Of a stretch of DNA of 60,477 bases, positions 50,389-60,477 are shown in pieces (within the stretch, counting starts at the first letter, position 1; each line of letters begins with the position of its first letter). The translations under genes were made by a program, and so were the position numbers. The stretch comes from Gonapodya sp. JEL0774 (Eukaryota): assembly GCA_027604505.1 (NCBI GenBank), contig JADIIX010000029.1, positions 124,001-184,477 on the forward strand. The letters run 5' to 3'. Below the pieces are notes generated by a model. That model worked only from the letters and a program-made list of their open reading frames with translations. It had not been told where the DNA came from and searched no databases.

Positions 50389-52606
50389 ATGGCATCCACA
50401 AACGGGCACACGTCGCCAACGGCTTCGTCGCCAACAGCAGCGTCCACGCAGCCGGCTCCTGCGAGCGGTTCGCAGTCCTCCGCCCCCCCCGGGATTGGTG
50501 CAGTTTCCCCAATCACCTTTCTGCCCTACTTGAAGTCAGCGCGTTTCTCGGACGCGGTATTGAAGATCAAAACATCGGATGGAAAGGTTGGCGTTCGTTT
50601 TCGCAGATGGTGTTTCGAGGAAGGATTCCAATAAGTTCCCTTCCTCTCCGACACCCCTACCCGACCACCATCGAAAACATCGGCCCTTAGGTCAAAACCC
50701 TTCCGGTCCATCGTATCGTTTTATCCTCCCGATCAACGTTTTTTGATGAGCTTTTCAACGGGCCTCAACCTACTGAGACGAACTCAAAGGGTCTTCCCGT
50801 TTACGGTGTGCCAGTTTTGCCTGTGCACCGAGCTCTTCATGAAGTCTTGGGTCTGAGTTTGTGGTGGGTGTGTGAGTATCACCGTCAAAGCCCGGGGAAT
50901 CATGAGGGAGTGCCTGAACCAATGGCGGAATCATCCCTTTCATGTCAATCCGAGCTTTCACCAGATGAAATTTATGTCGAATGATCAAATTGTTGTTGGT
51001 CAAGTTTCTCAGTGGATCTCTGCGCGTTACCAGAGCGTGTGTCAGCGATCTATGGCTTCGTGATACATCGGAACTGTCGCCACTGAACAGCCACCACAAC
51101 TGAAGTACAACTGCCGCAATATTCATTTGCGAAGCGACTCGAAACCCAGGATGACTTAGAAATTATCACGAAGGATGGGAGCTTGGAAGTGACAAGGCCC
51201 CGCAACAGTGCCAAGGCCGCGCAACAGGGGCTAGTCACGTACTGCTCGCAGTTGCAGTTAGAGTAAACCTTGATGGCTTTTAACTCAGCGTTTGAGTCAG
51301 TCGGATTGAGTTACAATCAGTAACTTCTCATCCCTCCTCCCTTTCTCATGCTAGACTCGATGGACGATACGAAGGTTACACTTCCCGAGAACAAGTGGGA
51401 TCAGATTCTCGGCGTGCACCATGTTTCCAACGTATTTAAACTCCACCGCCTGACCGCTGAGTCTGAGCGGGCCGTGAAAAACGCCATCGAAGGAGGCGCT
51501 GCACAACCCGACGAACTCTTCAAGATCTCTGATGAAGCCAAGAAATGGTGCTTCCCTGATATTGAGAAGCGGGTGTCGACACGTCTCCAGGAGCTGCTTC
51601 TTAACCCCGATGCCCCCGATACTACCCTCGCCACCACATCGCTTGAGACCCTCTCAAGCATAGTGGAGTCCCTCGAGCCTGCCGCGCACTTCGCTCTTGT
51701 CCGCCGCTACATTGAAGTTCGCGCCGCTGCCAAGGACCCGGTGCCCCTCGAGGCGAATGCCCGTCTCTGGGCTCGAGTTCCCTTCTCGAGCCTCGCTGCA
51801 GCGGATCTCGAGTCCGCGTATTCTGACCCTAATGTACCCTCCGGGGCAGTTGTGGAAGCAACCGTTCACGCGCTTATCCACGACCCATCCCAAGCCACAG
51901 GGTTGTCGTACAACCTCTTGAGCGCCGCGCTCGACCAGGCTGCCGCCTCAGGGCCTTACATGTCGCAGTCGCAGATTTACAAGATCGTTAGAGCTTACAA
52001 TTCCGCGCATACAGACTTGGATGAGCCGAAGAAGGATAAGCTGTGGAACAGGGTGAAATTTGTGGAACTCGGTGTTGAGGAGCTGGAGGATGCTTACTCT
52101 TCGACCGACGTGCCGAGGGCACCAGTCGTGGCGGCCATGTTCTCTCGGTGAGCATTTGAAGAAAGGGGCGATGTCGATGGAAACACTTCACAGCAAACAA
52201 TTGACGCCGTCTGTCTTCTGCGGGTAGTCTCCGACATGGCGCGGCGCCATCCCCCTCCGCGTCTCCGATTCCTCCAAGCAACCCTACCCCCACCCCAGCT
52301 ACCCACTACGACATCAACAAACCTACCCCTGCCCCGCCGGTTGCTCAAGGTAACATGTATGGCCACCGCACCTCACCCTCGTACGATTATGGCAGCCCTG
52401 GTGGGTACGCCCCGGCAACATCCGCAACCGGGTACTCGCAGTCGTCAATGACTGGGTACGCACCATCAGTTCCTGCACCCGCTGGGCTGGGTCAGGGCAG
52501 CATGGGATTTGACATATACACGGCGACTCCTGCGGGTGGTATGATGGGCATGGGTATGGCTGGAGAGGTGAGGAAGAGTGAGGAGAAGAAGAGGTTTGGG
52601 TTTTGA
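50389..52606 (+). CDS. BTB/POZ-domain protein with helical repeats and Pro/Tyr/Gly-rich tail; intron 50872-51354
   Basis: FSDAVLKI...FPVHRIVLSSRSTFFDELF...SLWWV|YSMD is the BTB consensus; two similar LWxRVxFxxL..xLExAYS segments follow. Confidence 0.8.
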
Positions 52607-52649
52607 GATGCATTCAAGCAATGTGGTACAGGATATATGAGTAGGTCCT

Positions 52650-52665
52650 GGGGGGGGGGGGGGGG
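52650..52665 (+). repeat. G16 homopolymer downstream of the BTB gene stop
   Basis: Read directly. Confidence 0.9.
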
Positions 52666-53374
52666 AAGCATGTTGATGTTCGAACAGGGATGGAGATTTT
52701 AGACGGTGGCCGCGTGCAGGACTTTCAGTTTGTGGGAATTTCGATTTTCGAGGTTAAACATGTGGATACATATAGCTTTAGCCGCTCCTTTCTATTTTGG
52801 ATCAGCGTCATAGCGGATACACACTTCATGTCGTTTACTAAGTACCGTAGTAATAAATCAGACATCGAGTGAGTTGCACATGGTCACTCAAGGGTTCTAT
52901 TTGCCGTGTTTGAAAGAGAACGCATGCACTAGAGTAGGGACCTGCGACTGATATCATATAACGGCGGTAGAGCTTCCACTAGGATTTTCTTGCGTATTTT
53001 TTCGGACGAATAGTTCCTGAAAGAATGGATCAAACACGGGTCTTCTGGTAGGTAAATGGGTTGTTAAGGGGAAAGGGCCCTTCTTGGGGTAAATCTCCAT
53101 ACTCACCGAAAGATGTGGATACCTTTATAGACGTCGGTTTAGTGAATGAGCTAGTACAGTCTCTCAATACTCAAAGTCCAGGTTTCCCGCACTTCGACAA
53201 GGACGAGCAAATCTCACGTTACAGAATCTATAATGCAAACTATACACAAATCTCAGATAATTGGTGTGTGGTCCCCCTCTGTCATATTATCGGTGGTGGT
53301 TCAGGTAGGATCTCACAGTGTACTCCTCTGGAGTTGTATACGCGAAACTCGCCAAGGCTCACGATTGTGTTTTG

Positions 53375-54166
53375 CTACCCCAGATACTTTCGCCCAATAG
53401 CTTTCACTTTCGTGTCGAAGGTGGTCGAGGTGATTGGGGCGTTGATTTCGTAGAAGGGGTTCAGGAGGGTCTTGGGATCCCGGAGAGGGAAATGAGTGGG
53501 CCGGGGCAGAACATCGAGGGTATGGAAGCACGAGCGTGTATACATGGTTGAGATAGAGGTGTCTGATACGGCCGAAAAGCTAACGTCAGGGAACTGAACA
53601 CACCTTGAGGAAAAGCTCGTGGGTCTCAGAGAAAAAGTTACGAATACCATCCGGGTTGGGAGCATCATGGAGGAGCATAAAGCGTGTGCCTTTTTGAGTT
53701 GAAGACAAGTGAGCCCGGTGGCAAAGGTTTTCAGTTTGGCGCAGGTGCAAATTGCGAAAGGTGTCAGGATAGGTCTAGTCTCCAACTCACCGCTCGGGGT
53801 GACGTATGCCGAGACAAAAAAGTCGTTGAACTTATCCACTGTCTTGAGGTACCTTTATTTTCCCAGGAAAAGGATCCGACATTGCCAATTACGAGAGGTT
53901 CATGAACTCACTCACATATCCTTTGTGGCCCACATGGCTTCATCCACCATATCCAAGGCAGCATGAACGATAAATTGATTCAAGTGCTTGTGTTCCTCCC
54001 GCTAAGACGTGCGAAACATACGGAGGAAGGGGGCAGTGACGAGGAGTAAGCAATCGCCCATCTATGTGAAGATGCTCCCACTCACTTTGAGATCACTGCG
54101 CGGGGAGCCGAATTCCGCCTCATACAAAGGATTGTCGCGTGTACCGACGACGACGAAGTAGCTCAT
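53375..54166 (-). CDS. TRS20: TRAPP complex subunit Trs20/TRAPPC2 (sedlin)
   Basis: [74 protein letters not shown]. Confidence 0.96.
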
Positions 54167-54547
54167 TCGCGAATGCGGCTGTCGCGATTCGGTCAAAGAA
54201 TTTACGGTGTAAACTGGGGGCGACAGAAATCGGCACGTCCTGAGTGCAAGAACAAACCATTACACCAAAAAGACAACCCATTCCAAATCACCCACAAGTC
54301 AATATCGTTGTCAAGAGCAGTTTGCGGCACTTTGCAGGTCCTCTGCATGTTTTTCACGCTCCGCAGAACCGTCTGGAAGCTGTTTTGCTGTTCCATTATG
54401 ATCATTTCTCGCTGAACATAACCAGCGGCAGCTTTCAACTCCCGTAATTACACTCTTTGCAATTTGTCGATTCCCGCTGTCCACCCACATATTTTTCGTG
54501 TTCCATCTCGGGACTCTATGTGGGTTTCTGAAGAATTATGTGGAGTA

Positions 54548-54593
54548 TCACGTGACTCAACTAGTCTGTGCCACACTACTCTGACTATATAAA
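54548..54593 (+). promoter_or_regulatory. Candidate promoter: overlapping TCACGTGA and TGACTCA motifs, then TATATAAA
   Basis: TCACGTGA 54548-54555, TGACTCA 54553-54559, TATATAAA 54586-54593, ~85 bp upstream of ATG 54677. Motif match only. Confidence 0.4.
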
Positions 54594-54676
54594 CTGCCCG
54601 TTTTCTCTTTGTGGCTGTTTCGATTGGCCGCATTGGGTCTCCCGTGCACCAACCCCAAACCCGACTTCATATTCAA

Positions 54677-56634
54677 ATGGAGTCCTGCACCAAAACAGAC
54701 ATGGGTAAACCGCTACAAGCGACTCATAGTTCTGCTCAACCCGCCCTGGCGTCCCCGTCTGTCCTTGCTTTTCGCTCCGCGCACCGCTTCTGCGCCGTCG
54801 GGTCCAAGTACACCAGACGTCCCTTTCACCCATCGCCGCTCTCTCTGCAGGCAGTCACGGCCACGGCAAGCGAGGTAACTGTGGAGTCTTCTGAGGCAGT
54901 CTCTTTGCTTTCCGGGGCATTGCGGGCACAGGACGGTTCTGCCGGTGCCTTGGTTTGTGCGCACCGTTTGGGCCTGTTCGACCCCGACGGCTGGACCAGC
55001 GCTCAGACTGCGTCGTCTCCAGGCGAGCAAGGTCGGTGTCGTGTCGGTGTCGTTCGCTGTTGTGTCATTTGTGACAATTTAGCTCTTTTTGCATCGGGTC
55101 TTCCACTGTACTATACCATCGTGTTGAATCATGCATTATTCGTTCCCATCTTGCATCCGTCCACTTGTACTTACTGTCCGTGATCTGCAGCGTTCGCTCT
55201 GAGCTGCAAGTGCACCGGAGCTCGCCGTGCACGCTTCCCCCCCCGACGCCACTCATCTCGTTCCACCCCTCCGCCTCGGCGCTTCCCTGCCAAGGTTTCT
55301 GATGTCCGCTGGGCTCGTCGCCTTCCTCTGCCTGTCCCGATGGACGTCGCGTCGTCTGTTTACCGCGAGGCCGAGAAGAAGCGGGACCTTCGTCGTCTGG
55401 ATCGCCTTCGCCGTACCCGCAAGCGAGGCCTGTACGAGCGCGGCTTCATGCATCATCGAGCCCGCGATTTGTATGCAGACTCTCTTCTCGCCCTCCAAGA
55501 CTTTCGCCTCGCCCTCGGCACCCCTGGCTCTCGCCCCAAGGGTCTCATTCCGCGTGTCTACCGAGTCCCCAAAGGTCTGGACCTCACGGCCGACGAGGCC
55601 CTCGCACTCGAGGATCTCGAGGATGGAACCGAACTTGAGGCCGTTGCGGACAATATGTCAGAGTCGGAGTCGGACGGAGACCCACTTGAGGGAGTGGAGG
55701 CGGATATCGATGACTTGGTGCCAGCGGATGATGCGGATCCGGCGCCTTTAGATGCAGTCCCCGTCCCAACTCACCATGTAGAACTCATCGACATGAACAG
55801 TGATGAGTTCGATGACGAAGAGGACGAGGACGAGGAGGTAGAGAATGAGAAGGAGGTTTGTTGCCGACCATCGGCCGAGACGGTTCAGTTCATCTGATCC
55901 ATTCTTGCGTCTTAAGAACTTGGAGATGTCGGACTGCGCCTTGCCTATCAATATTGTCGACCAGGCGTTCGTCCCGTCACTTGATTTCACTGGCAACGAG
56001 TGCCCTCAATCCTCAGAGTTTGAGTGGCCCGGCTACTCTCCTATCGGTGATACATTGTACTCGTTCGTTCCCGAGACCACGCCCCAGGACTGGTGCCGCG
56101 GTCACTCGGGTGACCTCGTTCCGTCACAGGTGAGTGGATCGATGATGGAGTGTAGATGCGTGTTACTTGCTGCATGGGAAGGGCCCGTTCGGAACGCTTT
56201 GCCTGTTTGTTCCTGCACCTTCTGGCCTTATACGCTCGAGGTGCTAAACAAAAGTGTCTCCCCCTTCTGGCTGCTTCCCTGCATCCTTCGTTTCTCGCAT
56301 CGCACAACCCACAATCTATCCTCAGGGTTTCTCTGCTGTGAACGAGATGGAGGTCCAAACTTCGGCCCTCTGGCACGACCAAACAGTCCACGTCGGGGGG
56401 TCTCACTGCACTTCAACTTCGGACAATGAGGGTGTTGACGCATCCGCCCACACTTCTCCGAATACTTTTGGCTACGACTCCGATTTCGCGTCAACTTTTC
56501 TCCGTCTTATTGGTGTCGATCAGCCTGTCCTACCCAATGGTCAACTGCACCCCAATGTCGCGGCAGCTCTGTATGCAATTGTCCAGTCGGCACCCGTCAT
56601 GGGACAGCTGGGCCAACCACTCGGCGTCTGCTGA
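54677..56634 (+). CDS. Hypothetical four-exon protein with Arg-rich basic and Asp/Glu-rich acidic regions
   Basis: Three GT-AG introns (after ~55031, ~55855, ~56129) join ORFs 54611, 55340, 55845 and 56254 in consistent phase; no family recognised. Confidence 0.6.
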
Positions 56635-57708
56635 GTTCTCCTCTTCAATTTTGAAACGTCTCTGCGACTCGTTTATGATAACCCCCATTATTCATTCGAC
56701 GCTGGCATGCACGTTGATGTCATCTGACCGGGTGGCTACTCATCGACTCCATCATCGTCGTGGTTCAACATCATGTAGATTAGATCACTTTTTGCCTGCG
56801 CTACCTTCTATCCTTCCTCGTTCGGTTCGCCGGCGATGTTTCAGGGGTGAAGGCCATTGCGTTGCTTGGCTTGTCACACAGTAGTAGTTCATTAACAGAA
56901 CTTGCCGTCGTACAGTAGCTTTTCTTCTCTGCTGTGTACTAGAGGAGTAACGTGAATCGATGGCCCTGCACATACTCATATTTATTATGGTGTTTGTAGC
57001 TACTAGTGAAAATTATGGAGCACCATCGGCACCATCGGCACCAATACTTGTGTGTTCAAACATGAAACTGCTCCACTGCGAAGTAACTGAAGCAACCTCA
57101 ATTGAAAGCAGTAAAGTGGTCCCATCATTATGTGAATCAACTGCCACAAGTGCGCCGGACTCGGGAACACTAATTGTGATAGTTGCTCCCATGATCACAC
57201 GCAGAATAGATTTTCCTGAGGTAGATGAACTGTGACTGTCACTGCCTCACCGAGCTGACTCGCAAGATGTTGTACATGATGATGTCAGTATATATACTCA
57301 TGTGCGCTGAAAACTACACAGAAACAACTTCCCGTCCTTCCGATCGCGCTCCCATTCGAGCAAGCAAAATTATATACGTAATACTAGCGGTTACTAAGGC
57401 TAGTGTCCGGCCCATAAGTAGGGAGCCGTGGCACTACCAAAGTCGATAGATCCTACTTTCAGGGACAAATCCTCGACAGTCACGCTATGGAGACAGTATT
57501 TAGCAATCATTTTCAAGTCAAAATATTTAGGCAATTCATTGATAGGAGTCCTGGGGTTAGTGGAGTCATGTGGATTTTGAATGAGGGGAGGATGCGCTTT
57601 TGCGATAGATCCGACTTTGAAGCACCCTGGAGCCACGGAACAACACTCCCTCCGTTTCGATCTACCCCGCAAATGAGCTGGGATCATCACGAAAGTTGCA
57701 AAAAGTAC

Positions 57709-57770
57709 TGCACAGAGACTCGAACTTCCTCCTCCGAAGAGAGCGCAACTGGAGTGCGCTGCCTTAGACC
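57709..57770 (-). pseudogene. Truncated tRNA-Leu copy with anticodon changed to CCA
   Basis: GGTCTAAGGCAGCGCACT-CCA-GTTGCGCTCTCTTCGGAGGAGGAAGTTCGAGTCTCTGTGCA. The anticodon and variable arms are near-identical to the intact tRNA ~200 bp away, but the 5' acceptor strand is missing and the T-stem is broken. Confidence 0.85.
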
Positions 57771-57902
57771 TGATCCAAATCATCACCCCATTAGAACCAC
57801 ACGTTGCATTGTTGAAAATGAGAATCACAGGGACCTTTGGCCCAATCTCGGCTCGAGATAGGATTGCCATAGCGTGAGTTGAGGTAAAGAATAAAAAACG
57901 TT

Positions 57903-57983
57903 TGCACAGTGTGAGATTTGAACTCACGCCTCCGAAGAGAGCGCAACTTGAGTGCGCCGCCTTAACCGCTCGGCCAACTGTGC
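57903..57983 (-). tRNA. tRNA-Leu(CAA), intronless
   Basis: Folds as a cloverleaf: acceptor GCACAGT/ACTGTGC+A, D arm TGGCCGAGCGGTTAAGGC, anticodon arm GCGCA-CTCAAGT-TGCGC, long variable arm, T arm GTGAG-TTCAAAT-CTCAC; followed by a T6 Pol III terminator. Confidence 0.96.
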
Positions 57984-58394
57984 AGTTCAGTTAAATTGGG
58001 GTGAAGATTAATATTATATTCATTACAACAGAGAAAAGTTTGGAGTACCTGGTTGCGGGTGCTGTAAATTTGGCGATAAACCTCATATCCACATCCTGCA
58101 CAGTTGGCTTTTAGCAAGAAATGAACTCATTGTCCGAGAAAGACCTGTCCAACACTCCCTTTCAGGAGTAGAGTTGGATGGAAATCACAGCAGTAAAATT
58201 GTGCACAGGGTCCTATTCATTTCTATTTCTACAGATCTATTGTTTATGGTTGGAAAATAACTTTGCAGTTTTCAGTTGGGTCAGAGTTCTGTTATTGCAG
58301 GGCTTGTGAAAGGTGAATGTGTGAGTGTGTGAATTGAATAAAGGTGAATCACCACTTACAAAACAACCTCAACCCATTGATCCGCTCTGCAAAA

Positions 58395-60477
58395 ATGAAG
58401 CTACTCCCTACTCTTAGTCTTGTGCTCATTCTTGTTGCCTTCCTTGTTGTCCTTGGGAGTCCAGTAGTGGCTTTTTGGTGCCCCCAGTGTCGTCATTTTT
58501 GGCCATACCTTCTGGACCCTGCCATATATCCTAACCCGCCCATCCTCGGCCATCGTGAGTAGCAAATTCAACACTTGCAACACAGTTGTATGATGATGGT
58601 GACTTTTTGTTGTTCTGGTGAAACCCCAGAGTGTCCGCATTGTCAAATTGGGATCATCACCCATTGTGTCCATGATGGAGCAGCTTCAGCCCCTGCACTC
58701 ACCCCACACGAGATTTATGAGTTAGGAGAGCTGTATAGCAGGGGTGAGCCACCACTCCACAGTTTGTTTTGGCGGTTTGTCTGGACTCAAGTCTTGGATT
58801 TATCAAAGGAGTCCCTGGGACTCCACGTCCCACCAATCCTCAGCCCTCTGTGTGAGTTGATTTTTGCATTGGCTGTCACAACTTGAAAAGGTCGTTGACT
58901 CCCTGTTCTACGGCAATCCCACTCAAATTCCTGACAGGTCAACACACTCTCTCCACATCTTTAGCGCATTTGAGAGGGCACAGACAGCCTTGGAGGATGA
59001 AAAGTCCTTGGAGGAGCTGAGGAATTTTGTTTCTATTCATGAAGTGGGTTTTTGGCAGATTACAAGTGGTTTCAAACTGAGGCAAAGATGATGACCACAA
59101 CTCTCTGCTTTTGGCAACAGGCTGACACCCACGATCGTGCAAAGAGGTATCACATTCGTGACCACCAATCTCCACGTACTGAGAAAGTAGGTGGTAACAT
59201 TGCTGCAGGATTTGTAGAGGTGGGGAACTACCCCCGAAACAAGGATGTCGACTCAGGGCAGGCAAGTTCTCAAAATCCTCAAAGCCCCAGCCTCTCTGTC
59301 AGACGAACATTGCTCCTTTGCAATTATTTTGCCACTACATAATCTCTGAAGGGGTGCTACCAGCGTCGTGGTTCGGCCACTGGCATCATGGTCAATGTTG
59401 TCAGCAACATCTATGTTCAGAAGTCAGCAGCTGATGTGTTTTGTCTGGACCTAGTTCCATCTGTGCCAAATGTGGAAGATGATTCGCATGAGTCAGTGGC
59501 ATTCAAGGGTGACGCTAGGGTCTATTTCAACGAGCAACGTGATGCCACGCTGCATTGGCTCAGGGACGGGTTCCAAACCAAGATGTTTGCCCATCTTGGG
59601 TGGGTTGACTTCACTTCGGGGGAGTTGCTCAACCTGTTTTGCAACACAAGTGAGTCTCTGGGGTCTCTTTTCTTCAAGTTGTTCTTTATCGCAACCAATC
59701 CTAACACTCAATTTCCAACTGCAGTTCCTTGCAATGAGGTGGTCACACTGGACATGGCGCTTGGAAACTACAAACTGGCCCAACTATGGATACGTGATAT
59801 TGCTGACCCCACAAAATCTGTCATATTGACTGGTCACCGATACCATCTGTCCTATGGTTGCAACCCACATATTGGTGCGCTGCAGCTCCTTTCCTCTTGG
59901 AAACTGGATGACCATTTGGCTGGGTAAGCTTGCACTGAGACATCAGAATTGATTGGCAGTATTTGAAACAGATTTCTCCTAGCGTTGTTTGTCATGTTGT
60001 TCACAGGGGCGAGATTCCCCAGTCTTCTGGCGCAAGTAGAGATACCAACTGTTTTCCGCCAGGCTGGCCTTGGATTTGAGTGCAGTCCAAAAAAAGACAA
60101 TTCCAAGAAGCAGCGAGTCAAAGAAGTGCTTGATTCTATTGTGCACCTCTTTGGGAAGGAGGCGGCAGGGTATCTGTTGAACTTAGAGTACCCTGGAAGC
60201 TCTGCTGAGATGGTTTTGGTGGCAGATAAGCTTCAGGAGTACAAGCTCGATTCGTATGCTACCCTTTTAGAGAGGACATGGGTGGCTGGAAGAAAGGATG
60301 GAACATTTTTGTCAAAGCTCGGTGGTCTTTTTGCTGTGTTTTGGGAGAGGGGAATACACTCACCGGTGAGTTTTTGGATCTTTAGATCTCAGTTTAGACA
60401 TTCCTTTGATTAGGACGAAGAGAAGGGGGTCATGCGAGCTGCTCGGCAAAGGTTGCCGGGCCCCACTCGGGTCGGGG
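58395..60477 (+). CDS. Unknown multi-exon protein with signal-peptide-like N-terminus and two CxxC motifs; runs off the right edge (may be more than one gene or decayed)
   Basis: MKLLPTLSLVLILVAFLVVLGSPVVAFWCPQCRH...H|QCPHCQ, spliced in phase via intron 58555-58629. Further same-strand ORF blocks at 58864, 59052, 59388 and 59985 are separated by GT..AG-like gaps. Confidence 0.45.

Noticed and set aside
56640..57700. Short ORFs and an ACCATCGGC mini-repeat left of the tRNA relic
   Set aside because: No family signal; this may be decayed sequence but cannot be called from the sequence alone.

Overview
This is a gene-dense, intron-rich eukaryotic window, most likely from an early-diverging zoosporic (chytrid/monoblepharid-type) fungus. 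That assignment is an inference: the introns are short GT-AG, and fungal families (TOK1, I9 inhibitor, bZIP-DUF3425) co-occur with a cilium-linked UPF0193/EVG1 gene and with CASTOR-, STYX- and LITAF-like genes. About 24 protein-coding genes can be reconstructed by hand-splicing: mitochondrial ABC half-transporter (partial), I9 inhibitor, CWC25, annexin, PEX16, NAM8-like RRM protein, TOK1, bZIP factor, STYX-like phosphatase, EAT-type amino-acid permease, fatty-acid hydroxylase, VPS29, YSH1, PEX7, LITAF-like, EVG1-like, a Ser/Thr kinase, MgtE-like transporter, CASTOR-like ACT protein, sugar porter, BTB protein, TRS20 and three orphans. There is also one intact tRNA-Leu(CAA). No complete new multi-gene system can be demonstrated from the sequence alone. 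The strongest leads are: (i) the right end, where the tRNA-Leu is surrounded by broken and inverted copies of itself (one with a CCA anticodon) and marks the start of a strongly CpG-depleted block carrying an unknown secreted CxxC protein; (ii) a higher-order 49/171-bp repeat with a perfect hairpin inside a CWC25 intron; (iii) an MgtE with Asp->Asn at the canonical Mg-binding position; (iv) a STYX-like gene that keeps its catalytic Cys. Exon boundaries and family names come from manual reading and remembered motifs, not from database searches.
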